DNA of 64,000 nt from Phyllosticta citribraziliensis (GCF_038025025.1 NW_027117343.1:186001-250000), one strand, 5' to 3'; shown: positions 50,834 through 63,046, counted from the stretch's first letter. Notes: generated by a model not told the origin, from the sequence alone. Numbers and translations are program-made.

Positions 50834-51967
50834 ATGGCGGACGACGACGACAAGCTTGGTCCGCTCAAGACCGGCTTGAGCGAGTAAGTTCCCTCAAACT
50901 TTCCTCCAAGATCTCTGTTGACGATCATCAGCCTACTCGAATCCGGCCTCTTTTCCGACCTCAAGATTTGTTGTCGCGACGGCACTGTCTACAACGTGCA
51001 CAAGAATATCCTTTGCGCTCAGAGTCTGTTCTTCAAGAATGCGCTCAATCCCTCCAGCAATTTCTTGGTAAGTCCACTTGAAGCTCAGTGCTTTCTTGGC
51101 TTCGCTGCTTGTGGTCTTCCAACAACTCACTGCCCTGTTCACTCTTTCAAAAGCTAATGCCCTCCTCTAGGAAGCCCGATCCAACACCATCAAGCTTGAA
51201 AACGACGACCCAGCGGCTGTGAAAGCTCTCGTCGAATACTTCTATCGCTTTAAATACACGACCTTGACGTAAGCGAAGATCAGCTTCTGATCTTCCATGC
51301 ACACGTCTTTGCTATTGGAGAGACATATCGCAAACCAGGTCTTAAAGACCTCGCCATACTTCGCTTTAAAGCCACCTTCATGGACGCCAAGTGCCTGAAA
51401 GACCTGGATTTTCCGAACGCTGTGAAGACGGTTTACAGAACTACCGTGGAAAGCGACAAAGGATTGCGCAATTTGGTCGTCGCTCTCACATATGCCTTCA
51501 TTCGCACATTCACGAAAAAGAAGGCTTTTCTGAGTATGATGGCGGAAGTCGGAGAGTTCAGCAAAGATCTCACCCTGGGAATCATCTCGTTGGGCGATGC
51601 AGATATGAGGTGGCTTTGCAAGCATTGTGAGCGGGAAGTTGAGATGGACCTTCCAATTGCAGCGAAGGACGCCTATTGTCCGTCCTGTGGGAAGGGGTCT
51701 AGGAAGTCCGCTTGGTTTGGCAAGGCCAAAAGCCACTGGACCGGTGTTGCAGAATACGACTGCCCTAATTGCAGAAGTATCGTGTGGATGGACCTGGAAA
51801 CCGATCTCCAGCCATCAGGTGATCCTCCTCAGACTTTTGCGCCTTGCTGCGGCGTTCCTCAAGCCAACGAAAAGTGGCAGCGTTCGAAAATCGAGGTCAA
51901 TTACAGCGACGAAGACGAAGCACCAAGCAGGGAGCCGAGCAGCACTTCGGATGAGGACCAAGTCTGA
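50834..51967 (+). pseudogene. BTB/POZ gene with tandem zinc ribbons and a 1-nt deletion near 51258 (locus 14)
   Basis: MADDDDKLGPLKTGLSD | LLESGLFSDLKICCRDGTVYNVHK.. | EARSNTIKL..YFYRFKYT, then a frameshift before DLDVSEDQLLIFHAHVFAIGETY. C-terminus CKHC..CPSC..W..CPNC..PCC..W plus an acidic tail. Confidence 0.8.
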
Positions 51968-52289
51968 GGCGAACATAGCCAGAATTTGTCTGTGGCGATT
52001 CGCCGACTGTAGTTGCATTCTGGTCCTGCGCCGAAGCTTCCGGTGGCACACGGCGCCTGGATAGATCCCCTTCCATAGTGAAATTAGACTTCACTTGAGA
52101 CCAGCTCTATGGGTGCATTTCTGTCACCTGTTGTGTACTGCCAATATCGAACAAGTTAGGCCGGCCCGCGTGCAACTTGACCGATTGTTTGCGCTTGCCC
52201 GCACGCCGCCAAAAAAGTGAATAAAGGCAGACATCTCGACCGCCCGCGCTCCATCCTTCTACAACCTCAACACACCGACCTCCAGCGCG

Positions 52290-53578
52290 ATGGCGATCGA
52301 CAGCGACCAGCCCTCTCTGCTCAAGAGCGGCCTCAGCCAGTAATTTTCCGAAGATAAACTCTCCCTAATATCTCTCTGACCTTCTCTCGGTAGGCTGCTT
52401 GAGTCCGGCTACTTCTCAGACCTTCAGATCTCATGCAATGACGGCACGGTGTACAACGTCCACAAGAGCATCCTGTGTGCTCAAAGTGCATTCTTCATGA
52501 ACGCCCTCAATCCTGACAGCAACTTCAAGGTTAGAGGCGCTTGGTGGACTTTTCTCTCGGGCTTGCTTGAAGACTCTGGGTGTTTCGCTTGCTCGCCAAC
52601 ACGCTTGCTCGCCAACACGCTTGCTCGCCAACACGCTTGCTCGGAGTCTCCATGACCTCTGCCTGCCGACCTTACTCACCTGAATGTCCTGCCTTCCTTC
52701 TTCGTCGCACGCTCTTAGTTCTTTCTCTGCCCCGCCGAAAAACACCTTCCCCCACAGTCACTTGTCACTGCAGACCCAATTCTAACTTCTTATCACAGGA
52801 GGCTCAGACCAACAAGGTCCCGCTGGAACACCATGAGCCGTTTGCAGTCAAGGCTCTTATTGAGTACTTCTATCGATTCGAGTACACCGAGATCGACGCC
52901 CCGATCAACGAAACTCTGCTGTTTCACGTGCACATCTACGCCATTGGCGAGACCTACGACGTAAAAGGCTTGAAGAAGCTGGCCTGCGACCGATTTGAAG
53001 CCATCGTTGCAAACAAATCCTTCAGAGAGCTTGACCTGCCTTCCGCCATCAAGGCCATTTACAACACGACCGTCGAAATCGACAAGGGCTTGCGCGGAAA
53101 GGCCATTGCTATTGCTAGAGCCGACATCAAAGCTGTCATGGAGTCGAAAGAATTCTCAGAGATGATGGATGAATGCGCGCAGTTCAGCAAGGACTTGGCT
53201 CGCTCGTTGGTCGAGGATCCCCTCACTGCGCCTTGGTACAAATGTACAGGCTGTTGTGTTGCTATTCGAATGGAACTTCCAGATGGCACTAAGAGAATCC
53301 ATTGTCCACGCTGCCCTAGGTCCTTCACTAGAGAGGTTTGGGTGGGCTCAATGGCGGCGTCCAATTTGTCGCGTCTGTGCAGGTACAGTTGCCCGCAGTG
53401 CAAAACGATCATTGCAATGGATATCCTCTCCGTTGGATCTATTGGTCCCCAGACTTACTGCCCTTGCTGCGGAATTCCTCGTCAAAACACAAGCTGGCAG
53501 AACAACAAGGTGCTTAGCGAGAGCGAGGGTGACGAGGAGGAACATGACGAAGAGGAGGAAGGCGAAGACGAATACTGA
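52290..53578 (+). CDS. BTB/POZ protein with tandem zinc ribbons and acidic tail (locus 15), 3 exons
   Basis: MAIDSDQPSLLKSGLSQ | LLESGYFSDLQISCNDGTVYNVHKSILCAQSAFF..NFK | ~270-nt intron | EAQTNKVPL..CTGC..CPRC..W..CPQC..CPCC..W..EEEEGEDEY. Confidence 0.9.
52586..52643 (+). repeat. 16-bp tandem repeat x3.6 (CGCTTGCTCGCCAACA) in intron 2 of locus 15
   Basis: Read directly from the sequence. Confidence 0.9.
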
Positions 53579-54752
53579 GGTACGGTTCAATGGAAATTGA
53601 GAATCAAAATGGCGCTACCCCTCACGAATGGAGCTTCTCAAAGGCCCGAGGGTTGGTAGCGAAAGTCATGGCATACACAGTTTCCTAATCACTGCACTCA
53701 TGGGCGCTTGAATGCTCCCTATCACCGCTCTCTCAGACTCCTAAATGATCCTGAGCACATGCTCTAGTCCAGAGCGGCTTGAATGCTCCCAGTCAGGTGT
53801 CTATTAGAGTCAATGGATAATCCCTGAGGGCGAGACTGATTCCCTGCTCGTGTTGTGTCCCACGAATTTTGTCACCAAGTCTCATTCCAAGTCTGTTGTT
53901 CTGCCCCTCCTGCGCATCACGAGTATTCCCAATTTCTCTGTACAAAGTTTCAGCTGTCCATATTTCCTGTATGATCACTCAATGACACGCCAATTCCTTT
54001 TGTCCACATGGCACGCCGGTCTTCAGTGCGTAGCGGCGATATGCGGCGCGCCGCAAAGGTACATGTAGGTAATTGTGCAAACTTGGGTGCTATCGACTTG
54101 CTGCTCGAGGTTCACAAGTAGCGATTCGTAGCACTTGCCGTTCACCACGCACCGTGGGCCGAAGCCAGATAAAACCCTTCGCCCTCCACCTTCGGCGCCG
54201 CCCTTCTGACAACCCTCAACCTCTCCATCCTCAACCTTTTCATCCTCAACCGCCATCCTGTACCTCTTCATTGTTTGAATCCATCCTCAACAACCCACCG
54301 CGCTGCTGGCCACCGAAATTGACGCCATCAGCACTCCATTATCTAACCATCTCCTCGCGCCGATCAAATATACCTCACCTTGCACCTTTGCTCTCGCCTC
54401 CAGGTCGCCCAAGACGCCCATGATCTGCGGCTGCCAGCTCAGCATCATCTTCACCTGAACATCGGTGATCTGCCGCTAGTTGCCGAGTGTAGCTCCTAAG
54501 CCCGTCGCAGACAAACGTCGACTCTGAAGTCTAAGGCTACTCGACCAGCTCACATTCGAGAGCGTTTTCACTCCTTCGGCAAACATACGGCAAGGCTTAG
54601 AGCCATTCCTTCATCATCCTTCGAGGAACATTGGACGATTGACGTCTTTGTTTCGACCGTGGTGCACCAATCGGTCGGCTTCAGCGACACGTTGAGATCC
54701 CGAGCATGAATCGAACCTAGCCTTCAACAACCACGGTATCTCGTTCTTCATC

Positions 54753-55773
54753 ATGGATGACGGAACAAAGGCTGGTCTTTCCGCTTTTGGCGAGTGAGTA
54801 CCACCTTTTTTGCCCACCAAATCAATCACTGACCCATTGCAAGCCTACTTGATTCCGGCCTTTTCTCCGATCTCGAAGTCCTCACTGGCGATGGAACAAA
54901 GTACAATGTGCACAAGGCGATTCTTTGCGCTCAAAGCTCGTTCTTCCGGAATGCTCTCAGCCTCCAAAGCGGCTTCTTGGTATGTTTTATGTTCCGGACA
55001 ACTGGACCAAAGGTGAAGCTAATTTTAAGCGATAGGAAGCAAGAACCAACGTCATCAGGCTTGAAAAAGATGAACCCGCTGTGGTGAGAGCTCTTCTTGA
55101 GTACTGCTATCGGTTCAACTACGAGCATAATGTCGAGGAACTCAACGACGCGTTCCATTTCCACATATGCGTCTATGCCCTTGGAGAAACCAGCTGCGTG
55201 CAAGGCTTGAAGGACCGAGCCAAGGAGCGGGTTGAATTCTTCGAGTGGGCCCATTACGACTTAGAGCAACTGGACTTTACACTTGCGGTGAAGACCATCT
55301 ACAACACAACGAAGGCCAGCGATAGAGGCCTCCGCGACCTTGCTGTCCGAATGACCCGAAGGTCATTTGATCAGGCCATGGAACTGGACGGATTTCAAGA
55401 AATGATGGGCGAAGTTGGCCAATTCTCAAAGGACCTCTGCCACTCGTTGCAAAAGGATCTCAAAGCATTTGAAGATGCGCCCAGGTACAGCTGTCAGGGT
55501 TGCCGCTCTTACATCCGCATGGAACTTCAACCTGAGAACGACTTGTCAATGTTCTATTGTCCTTACTGCAAGTTCCTCAACTTGGCCTCTGAGTGGGAAC
55601 TTGGCAAGTCAAAATACCCTGGAAAGCTACCAACGTACAAATGCCCCGACTGCAATAAACGAGTTGCAATGGATCTTTGCGCAGGTGGTCGCAAGGCGAA
55701 AACATCGTGCTATCACTGCGCGACTTCTCTCACGAATGAGAAATGGAAGTGCCGTGAGTCAAAGTGCGACTGA
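54753..55773 (+). CDS. BTB/POZ protein with tandem zinc ribbons (locus 16), 3 exons
   Basis: MDDGTKAGLSAFGD | LLDSGLFSDLEVLTGDGTKYNVHKAILCAQSSFF..GFL | EARTNVIRLEKDEPAVVRALLEYCY..CQGC..CPYC..W..CPDC..CYHC..W. Confidence 0.9.
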
Positions 55774-56156
55774 TCGGCCAGCCCTGATCGCTGAGATGAC
55801 GAGGGTGGCCACCAATGGCTGCTTTGAAATATTCAAACCGACCAGTCAGACGAGGGGAGGATCGTTTGAATGGTGATTTTCAAAAGAAACTTTGACGACT
55901 GCCTGGGGAGGGAAGTTTTGAAATGCTTCTTATTTCAAGTTTAAGATCTCCCCTGCGCACTTCTACAACCGCCATGAGTCTTTCAGCCCTTGAATTCCAG
56001 ACCGATAGAGATTTAGGTACAAAAACAGCTGCCGTCGCAACCAAAATCAGCCAGGAAACCCTAAGTCCAACAGTCACCATATCACGCACTCGTCGACGAA
56101 AATATCCAAAAGTGGCTCACCGTCAACCGCCTAGTCATCTTGACTGTGGAGGACAC

Positions 56157-57215
56157 CTATGGCTCATAATCCTCCTCTACTAATTCATTCCCTTCCCAAA
56201 CCCGATTCCTCCTTGGAGCTCCGCACAGATAGCAAGTAGTCTCGCTCAATAGACCCCCCGGGCAAAGCTCTAGACGGTTGACCCCCCCACAAACATCACA
56301 GGCGTACTCCTTCAGTGGTGCGTGCAAAGTCGAAGTCACCCTGTAAGCCTGCCACATCTCGCTGTCTTGAATCTCTCCACAAATGGGACAGTAGAATTCA
56401 TCGTCTTCCTCGAGGGGAAAGTCCACAAACATGGTAGCGGTGCACCACCGGCAGGTGTATCGAGGGAGGGACTTGAGCTGGTGGAGCTCGCTCGTGGAGG
56501 AATCCGACAAGTCTCTGAAAAATTGCGTGATATCCTCCAGCTCGTCCTCGAAGCCCTCAGTGTTTCTTGCCTCGTCGATTCGGTCTCTTGTGAGCTGGAC
56601 GACAACGTCGCGTAGGCCCCTGTCGCTGTGGACTGTGGACGCGTAGATTTCCTGGACAAGCCGGGGAAAGTTGATCTCGTCGAAACTCAATGGATGCAAG
56701 GCATCAATGAAGTGTTGTTTCGCTGCATCCTTGAGGCCTGGTACGCGAAACGTTTCCCCGGCAGCATATACGAGTATGTGGAAGAGCAGCTTGCTGTGGT
56801 CGTCATCCATGTCCTCATCGCTGTAATCCAACCTATAGAAATAATTGACAACCGCTTCAATGACGTTCGGGGGCTCGTCTTTAAGTTCGACGACGCCGTT
56901 TCGTAACTCCTACCGCCAAACGTCAGCGCCACCTTTTGCAAAACGCGTTGCTGACCGGAGTGTTTGCGTACTGTGTAGTTTCTGGCTGGATTCAGCATGC
57001 GTTCAAAGTACTCGCTCTGCAAACAGAGTATGATCTTGTGGACCAACCATTCGCTCCCATCGCGATCACGAATCCGAAAGTCAGAGTGAGAACCGTTAGC
57101 TAGGTAGCTTGCAAATTGTTAGCAAAAGACGCTGTTGAAGACGGTCGTTTGGTTGAGTTTACTCGTAGAGATTGCCCTGAGCCTGGAGCACAGGCAGCAC
57201 CGGGCGATTTGCCAT
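56157..57215 (-). CDS. BTB/POZ protein with tandem zinc ribbons (locus 17), 3 exons
   Basis: MANRPVLPVLQAQGNLYD | YLANGSHSDFRIRDRDGSEWLVHKIILCLQSEYF..NYT | ELRNGVVELKDEPPNVIEAVVNYFY..CRWC..CPIC..W..CDVC..CYLC..W. Confidence 0.9.
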
Positions 57216-57248
57216 GGCAAAATGAGAAATGTCCACACTAGCAGAAGA

Positions 57249-58076
57249 CTAGAGTGCCCGGAATGCGAATGTGTAATTAGCGAGATCAGTTCGCGAAGTG
57301 TGTCGATTTCGATTGATTGCAGGTTGTCCGAAGGTTGAATGATGTCGACGAAGCGCAGCGGAATGCCGTATGGTGCATCCAGCACTGGCTCTTCCTTTAT
57401 TGATATCACAGGAAAAATGTCCTCGAGCAAGATTTATCCGTTGTTCGAATGAAAGAGAACCTGCTTTGCTCAGCAGCGCGAGATAAAGCTCCTTGTCTTG
57501 AAAGTCCTTGATGCCATCTACAGTCGATCCGGAGTCCGGTCCCAAGAGAGAGGACAAAGTCTCCGCCGGGAGCAGTCGAACGAAGCCACCATGTTTTTCA
57601 AGCCGGGGCTCAAAAGTCAACAAGACTTCGTTTCGGCTCGAACAGACGCCGCCAATGCCTGCGGCGCGACCGCGGTGGTCCTCCGGATACAAGATACGCG
57701 AAAGTCCTAGACGACTTACCCTGGCAGCTTCGAGAATTGCATTGGAAATCTGTCGTTGGTCAGGACTTTGTCGTAGGGATTGATTAGTCAAACAAAGAAA
57801 AGGTCGTTTTGTTGCCTGCACCACTGCTTTCGGCCGGGTAAATGGCACAAGACAAAGAGGGCAAATTTACGTTGACGAATCGGCATATTTCTGTCTGCTT
57901 GCTCTGGAATCATCCCAGAAGCGATGATGAGTCTTCTCAAGCAGACTGGTTGGCTGAAAGCCCGAAGGTGACATTTCCATGATGCAGGCGTTCAGTGTCA
58001 TGAGTCCGCATTGAGGTATCTCGAGGCGAGGCAGAACGAAAATGTTAATGCTGCGGAACTTGATCTCTTGGTTCAA
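57249..58076 (-). pseudogene. Possible fragmented gene of unknown function
   Basis: Three consecutive protein-like minus-strand frames (57867-58076, 57249-57848, 57119-57430); no recognised domain. Confidence 0.3.
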
Positions 58077-58516
58077 GGACAGCAGAGCTGGCGATAGTGA
58101 CAGGTAGTACCGTGTAGGAAAATATGGCGGTAGTAGGACTGCACCGCCGAAGCTGAAGCACAGCGCGCTGTCGTCGAAGCCGCTTAAAGCCCGCGCAATA
58201 TCCTAGCCTCTACCAAAAATCCACAACACCACCTCAACACGCAGACTCGAACTCGAACTCGAAAAACCAAATCGTCTTCCTCGGATCTCTACAGCATCAT
58301 CGTTCATCTGCTTGCTGGCCGCAGCCTCTTGCAGCGCGCATCGGCAAGCTCACACTGACCCGGAAGGCGAAGGCCAAGCAGTCGTCCGCGCCATCTCCCA
58401 CTGCCATCGTCGCAAAGCCTTGAAACCCGGCCCCATCACCGAAAGACAATCCAAAAGACAAAGAAAAGGACAAAGAGCGGTCCAGAAGATTCAAAATCTC
58501 AGAAGAATCGACAGCC

Positions 58517-60031
58517 ATGCCGTCGGCTGCCGAGAAGTTGCCTTATCCTACCAACTTCCAGAAATGGAACTGGGGCGACGACTTGCCCCCACCTGCAATC
58601 GCGAAACGCAAGCAAGACGGGGGTGTCAAGACGGCGGCCGTCAGCGTTACATCTCTACACAATGCCAAATGGTCCATCTACAACGCCAAGATCGAGATTT
58701 CCGAAGACGTTCTGCCTCCCGCTAACGTCGTTCTTTCTGATCGGATTGCGTATGATCTGTCTCAATTCCTAGCCGACAATCCGATAATCGTGAAATCCAA
58801 GCTCTGTAAGTACTGGCCGGGCAACTACGATACGCGGGGCAACCTCATCAAATCTCTGCATCCCGTGGGATCACCGGCTCTCCACAACGTTGATGGCAAG
58901 CCTGCCTACGCAGTTTCTGCTGGCAGGATCTGGATCGGGGAGCCAGGCCTGATAGAAGCTGAGAAAGAAGCCGAATCCGGTTCGGTGGCAATGGTACGCC
59001 AAACGGCGCCATGGTGGAAGCCTACTGACGAGGAGATGACTTCGGGATACTCGTTTCGTTGGAGCCCAGGCAAAGCAAAGCCGCACTTGCTTTCGCCTGA
59101 CTGGGACCGTTTGCCCTCTTCGCTGCTCAATGAAGCTGAGCTCCAGCCTCTGCTCCAGAGCTATGATGTTGACCAGCTTCGCGCAAGCAACGGCAAAGTC
59201 TTTGGAAAGAACGTCAGGAGCCCATCGCACCCCGATCGCCAGGCATACAAGTCAGTCGTGGACCAATACAAAATAGAAGCCCGCAATAAGAGACAGGCCG
59301 TAACAGCGGCTTCTGACCCAACATTCCTGGAACAGCACATTCGCACCGCTACGAATCTCATAGTATTGGATGCAGATGTCGGCCCCCGCCCATTCGCGTC
59401 GAACACCGCTCCTGTTCAGTCCCAAATAATCGTTCCAACGCCGCACGTTGATCGCCTCAGCCGTCACGACAGCTTCGACAGCGAGCCTAGTGTCGGTGGA
59501 TCCAGCAGCTTCCTTGGGTCTAACACAGCCACTGCTTCATCCAACACCCTGAGCCGTTCCGTCCAGCAGGCTCACCACATCACCGGAGCACCAGACAAGC
59601 CAAACGAAGAGACCCTTGCCTCCCTGGACGAGATCTCTGCGATAATCCAGACCACGCTGCGCGAGAACACGAACGCGGTTGCGAAGCTCGAGCGCGCCTG
59701 CTCGGGCAACATCCCGGACACCGAAGCGATCCTCAAGGACATAACCGATGGGCGAGAGCAGGCGAGCGGTCTTTGGAGCAAGTTCAACGAGCTCGGCGCT
59801 TCCGTTGATCGACTGAACGACCTCCAGGAAGAAGTGAATGCTGTCAAGGAGCAAATGGAAAAGTCAAACGACGTGCTCCGCAAGGTGCAAATTCAACTCA
59901 CTTCCCAAGCGAACACTGGCAATGAGAAGAACACCGGCAATGAGACTACGTCGAACAGGTCCTTGAAGCGCAAGTCAAGGTTCTCGTACATCGAGGCCCA
60001 GAGCCCTCCTCACCAGCGGCCCCGGCACTGA
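58517..60031 (+). CDS. Hypothetical 504-aa intronless protein with C-terminal coiled coil
   Basis: Long ATG-initiated ORF in a good context (GCCATGC). Trp/Pro-rich N-terminal half, heptad-like segment (LGASVDRLNDLQEEVNAVKEQMEKSNDVLRKVQIQL) and a basic tail. Confidence 0.75.
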   Translation: MPSAAEKLPYPTNFQKWNWGDDLPPPAIAKRKQDGGVKTAAVSVTSLHNAKWSIYNAKIEISEDVLPPANVVLSDRIAYDLSQFLADNPIIVKSKLCKYWPGNYDTRGNLIKSLHPVGSPALHNVDGKPAYAVSAGRIWIGEPGLIEAEKEAESGSVAMVRQTAPWWKPTDEEMTSGYSFRWSPGKAKPHLLSPDWDRLPSSLLNEAELQPLLQSYDVDQLRASNGKVFGKNVRSPSHPDRQAYKSVVDQYKIEARNKRQAVTAASDPTFLEQHIRTATNLIVLDADVGPRPFASNTAPVQSQIIVPTPHVDRLSRHDSFDSEPSVGGSSSFLGSNTATASSNTLSRSVQQAHHITGAPDKPNEETLASLDEISAIIQTTLRENTNAVAKLERACSGNIPDTEAILKDITDGREQASGLWSKFNELGASVDRLNDLQEEVNAVKEQMEKSNDVLRKVQIQLTSQANTGNEKNTGNETTSNRSLKRKSRFSYIEAQSPPHQRPRH

Positions 60032-61333
60032 GCTACGCCCAGCCTCTTGCGAGTTGCGTTGCCACTGCGAACACAACACCACGATTGCGCCGCCTCATTC
60101 GTACAGTCTTTGCGCGACAACATGGTCTTGTTCCTCATGACTACGATACTCAGAGTTTCTGAATCCGAGAAGGACGACATTGGGAGCTGGATCCCACAGG
60201 AACGGTAATGTCTTGTGGATTTTGCGTTTTCAGTTCATCCACATCCAGCTCGACGTTTTGCATTTCCTTCGGTTCGGCAATCTCGACATCGGCACCGTCG
60301 ACTCTCATGTGCGACAAAATGCTCCAGCCATCGGGAGTGACTTATTGAATGGCGATGGCTAGTACCACCGGCTTGTGAGTTTATGCTGCGGCAGAAACTT
60401 TTCCTTCTTCTTCTTCCCTTCCGCTCCCCTGATCTTCCACGCGCTTCCCCCGTTGTCAGGTTCCTCTAGTAAAATGAGAACGCAGCGGCTTCTGTGGAGT
60501 AGTATCAGGGCAGTCAGTAGTACGTTTCCCTCCGCTTGGATTCATCTTGGCACTGCGACCAGATCCATGGTTGAAACGGGCATCAAAAGCGTGCGAACGT
60601 ACTGTCGTTACCCCTTAGATAGGACGAATTCCAGAAATACATCCCAGAGCTTGAGACCACAGTAAGAATCATCAGGTGATGGAGGTAGCGGCTGCAGTAC
60701 GTAAATGATGAGCAAGCAACTCATGACAAAGGAAAAGCCGGTACAGCTCTCAAAGTGGCGGAGCATGGTGTTGAGCTGAAAGCACGCAACGAAGGGCAAA
60801 GCAATTTCCTCCCTCGACGGCCGTACCAATCCAATTGCTCGGTTGACTGGCTTGTCCAAGGCTAGAGTTGATCGACTTCGCAACGTCGGTCATGCTCACT
60901 TTTTCCACTGGTCTTCATCTCTCTTTCTCATTACTGTCAATGGCCTGTTTGACTAGCCAGTTTTCATTTCGTACGTTCAAGTTCTTTGCACACCACCCTT
61001 TTCCGGTTCTTTCAAGGTCTTGGACATCTCCCGTGTCTTATCACCGCCCTTACTCTCTCGAGTCTGCACATGCGTATGTAATACGCGTGGCAACACCATA
61101 CCGACAACCTTGCCATCCTGTCATTTATTCGGTTATCTGACTCCCTCTTTCAGGCCGCTGGAAAACAAAGGGAAGGCCTCGGACCAAACTCGTGGTGGAC
61201 CATCAAGCTTCATCGAGGACTTTCTTGTGTAGTCGGAGCGCCCCTTTATGCTCTTTTTTGTATCTGAAGTAAACCCTGCAGACATAGCTATTTATGAATG
61301 CGTCAAGGAGTCTCCTGAGATGAGAGCAAATGT

Positions 61334-62814
61334 TCAGCAAGAAAGAAACATTTGTGATGACCTTCGCGGGGAGAAAAGCCGGAGCGGTGATATTTGCAAT
61401 GCGAAAAAGAAAGACCGAAGAGCAAAAATTGTCGGTAGAGAGTTTCCGGAAAAGCGTAATTTGAAAAGTGTCTTAAGCAATGTATCGGACGGCGCTGGCC
61501 AGTCTTGGATAGTGGTCTCAGAGGTCGCCCCGGGTATAGCCCCCCTTTTCGGCATATTAGCGGTGGTGCTCGCACCACCACACATTCTCCTTTGTATGTG
61601 GGTGCGGCCATCTTCCCAACTTCCCCTTGACGCCTGTACAGCCTCACGAGGCGCAATAGCTATCGACGACCTCGTGGTGTTTTCTTTCCTCGGCATGCTT
61701 TGCGTGACGACGTTCCTCCCTGGTCTGTCGGGCATAGTTCGCCCAGAAGCATTGAAGAAAATTCGTCTCTGGGTGATTATGCGGAGAGATACGTGGGCGG
61801 CCGCAATCAGTGAATGAACTCTCCGTTGGTCGCTCTTCCACTGGCTCCATTTTCTTGATGGGGCCAAAGACAGGACGCTTGGATTTATCTGCTCCCTGTG
61901 CGTTGCACAGAGCCACTGCTTGACACTGTTGGGATTGATAGCGCGGCTGACAGCCTCCATACTGGCATTCTTTGGGGCGATCTGATTTCAGCTCAAGGCC
62001 CATGGTCGCTTAAGTGCTATTGGGACGCTTGAGGTGGCTTTTGCAGTATCATGAGCATGAAGCACTCGTCACGTCCAGGTCGGCCTCCGCATCTTCCCAT
62101 CATCCGTATGGCTTTTTCTTGCAGCCGTTCATGGAACATTTCTCAGGCCTCTCGTTGCGGAAACCGTCTTTATTTGCCTGTTTGTATGGTCTCAGGGCCC
62201 CGTCGGTTCATTTGCGTATTTGCAGCACCATCGACAGACCCAGCTATCGGGAAAGGCGTTGATTCTCTTCTTTTGCTTGCAGAACTTGGCCGGTTTAGCG
62301 CAGCTTGGGTTGGCGCAACGATCTTCTGACAAGAACAGGGCTCTTGGCACTTCTTCTCTGGGGTCAAGGTCAAGCTCCCCTGGTGGCTCCGCGAAGAAAG
62401 CGGATGCTCCTCCGGTCTTCTCAGGAGACCAGATGTGATCCAAGCCCTTTCCGTGCCACGGGCGCTCGGGTAAGATCTTTTGGGCCTCTGACAAGACCTT
62501 GCCGTACCATTCTGCATGGAGCGGCGTGGTGGAGACGTTGCGATGAGTTGGGTTGATTTGTGTCAAGGCGGGGAGAATCATGATGACAGAATTATGATGA
62601 CAGTCTCAAGGAGCAGGGCTCGGGTGATGCGCACCATGTACACGAGCGACGCCATGACCTGCAGCTGTGAGCCTTCAGACGATACAGAGTCTGGGGAAGT
62701 CCGTAAAAGCTGTGGCACACCCACGAGGCTTGACGGACTATGCTTCGAATGCTTTGAATGCTCCTTGGTACTACCACTCATGGGCGCTTGCAACCTCCTC
62801 AGTACTCTGGTCAA
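61334..62814 (-). pseudogene. Possible degraded Cys-rich gene
   Basis: Protein-like fragments in several frames, e.g. RCANPSC..WVCRWCCKY and ECQYGGC..CQAVALC. No consistent splice model was found. Confidence 0.25.
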
Positions 62815-63046
62815 GGACAGCTTGAAGGTTTTATTATTTGTGCGGCGGAATACTTAAAAATGTCACGAGTCTCGTCGGGACGTCTTTTTCAAGCTAGGAT
62901 TGTATTCTTATTTGCACAAAAGAAAGAGGCTGAGGGATGACGGGGAACATTTGCGTCCGTAGACTGGCAGTCAGCGGGGAACAATCAGTCAAAGTTTGAG
63001 GTCCCAGGAAGCTCGGGGGCATTCGACTCTCGCGACTTCTCCTCCA

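Noticed and set aside
52580..52800. N-terminal extension of the 332-aa ORF
   Set aside because: This is intron 2 of locus 15 (GTTAGA donor, CTAAC branch, CAG acceptor) containing a 16-bp repeat.
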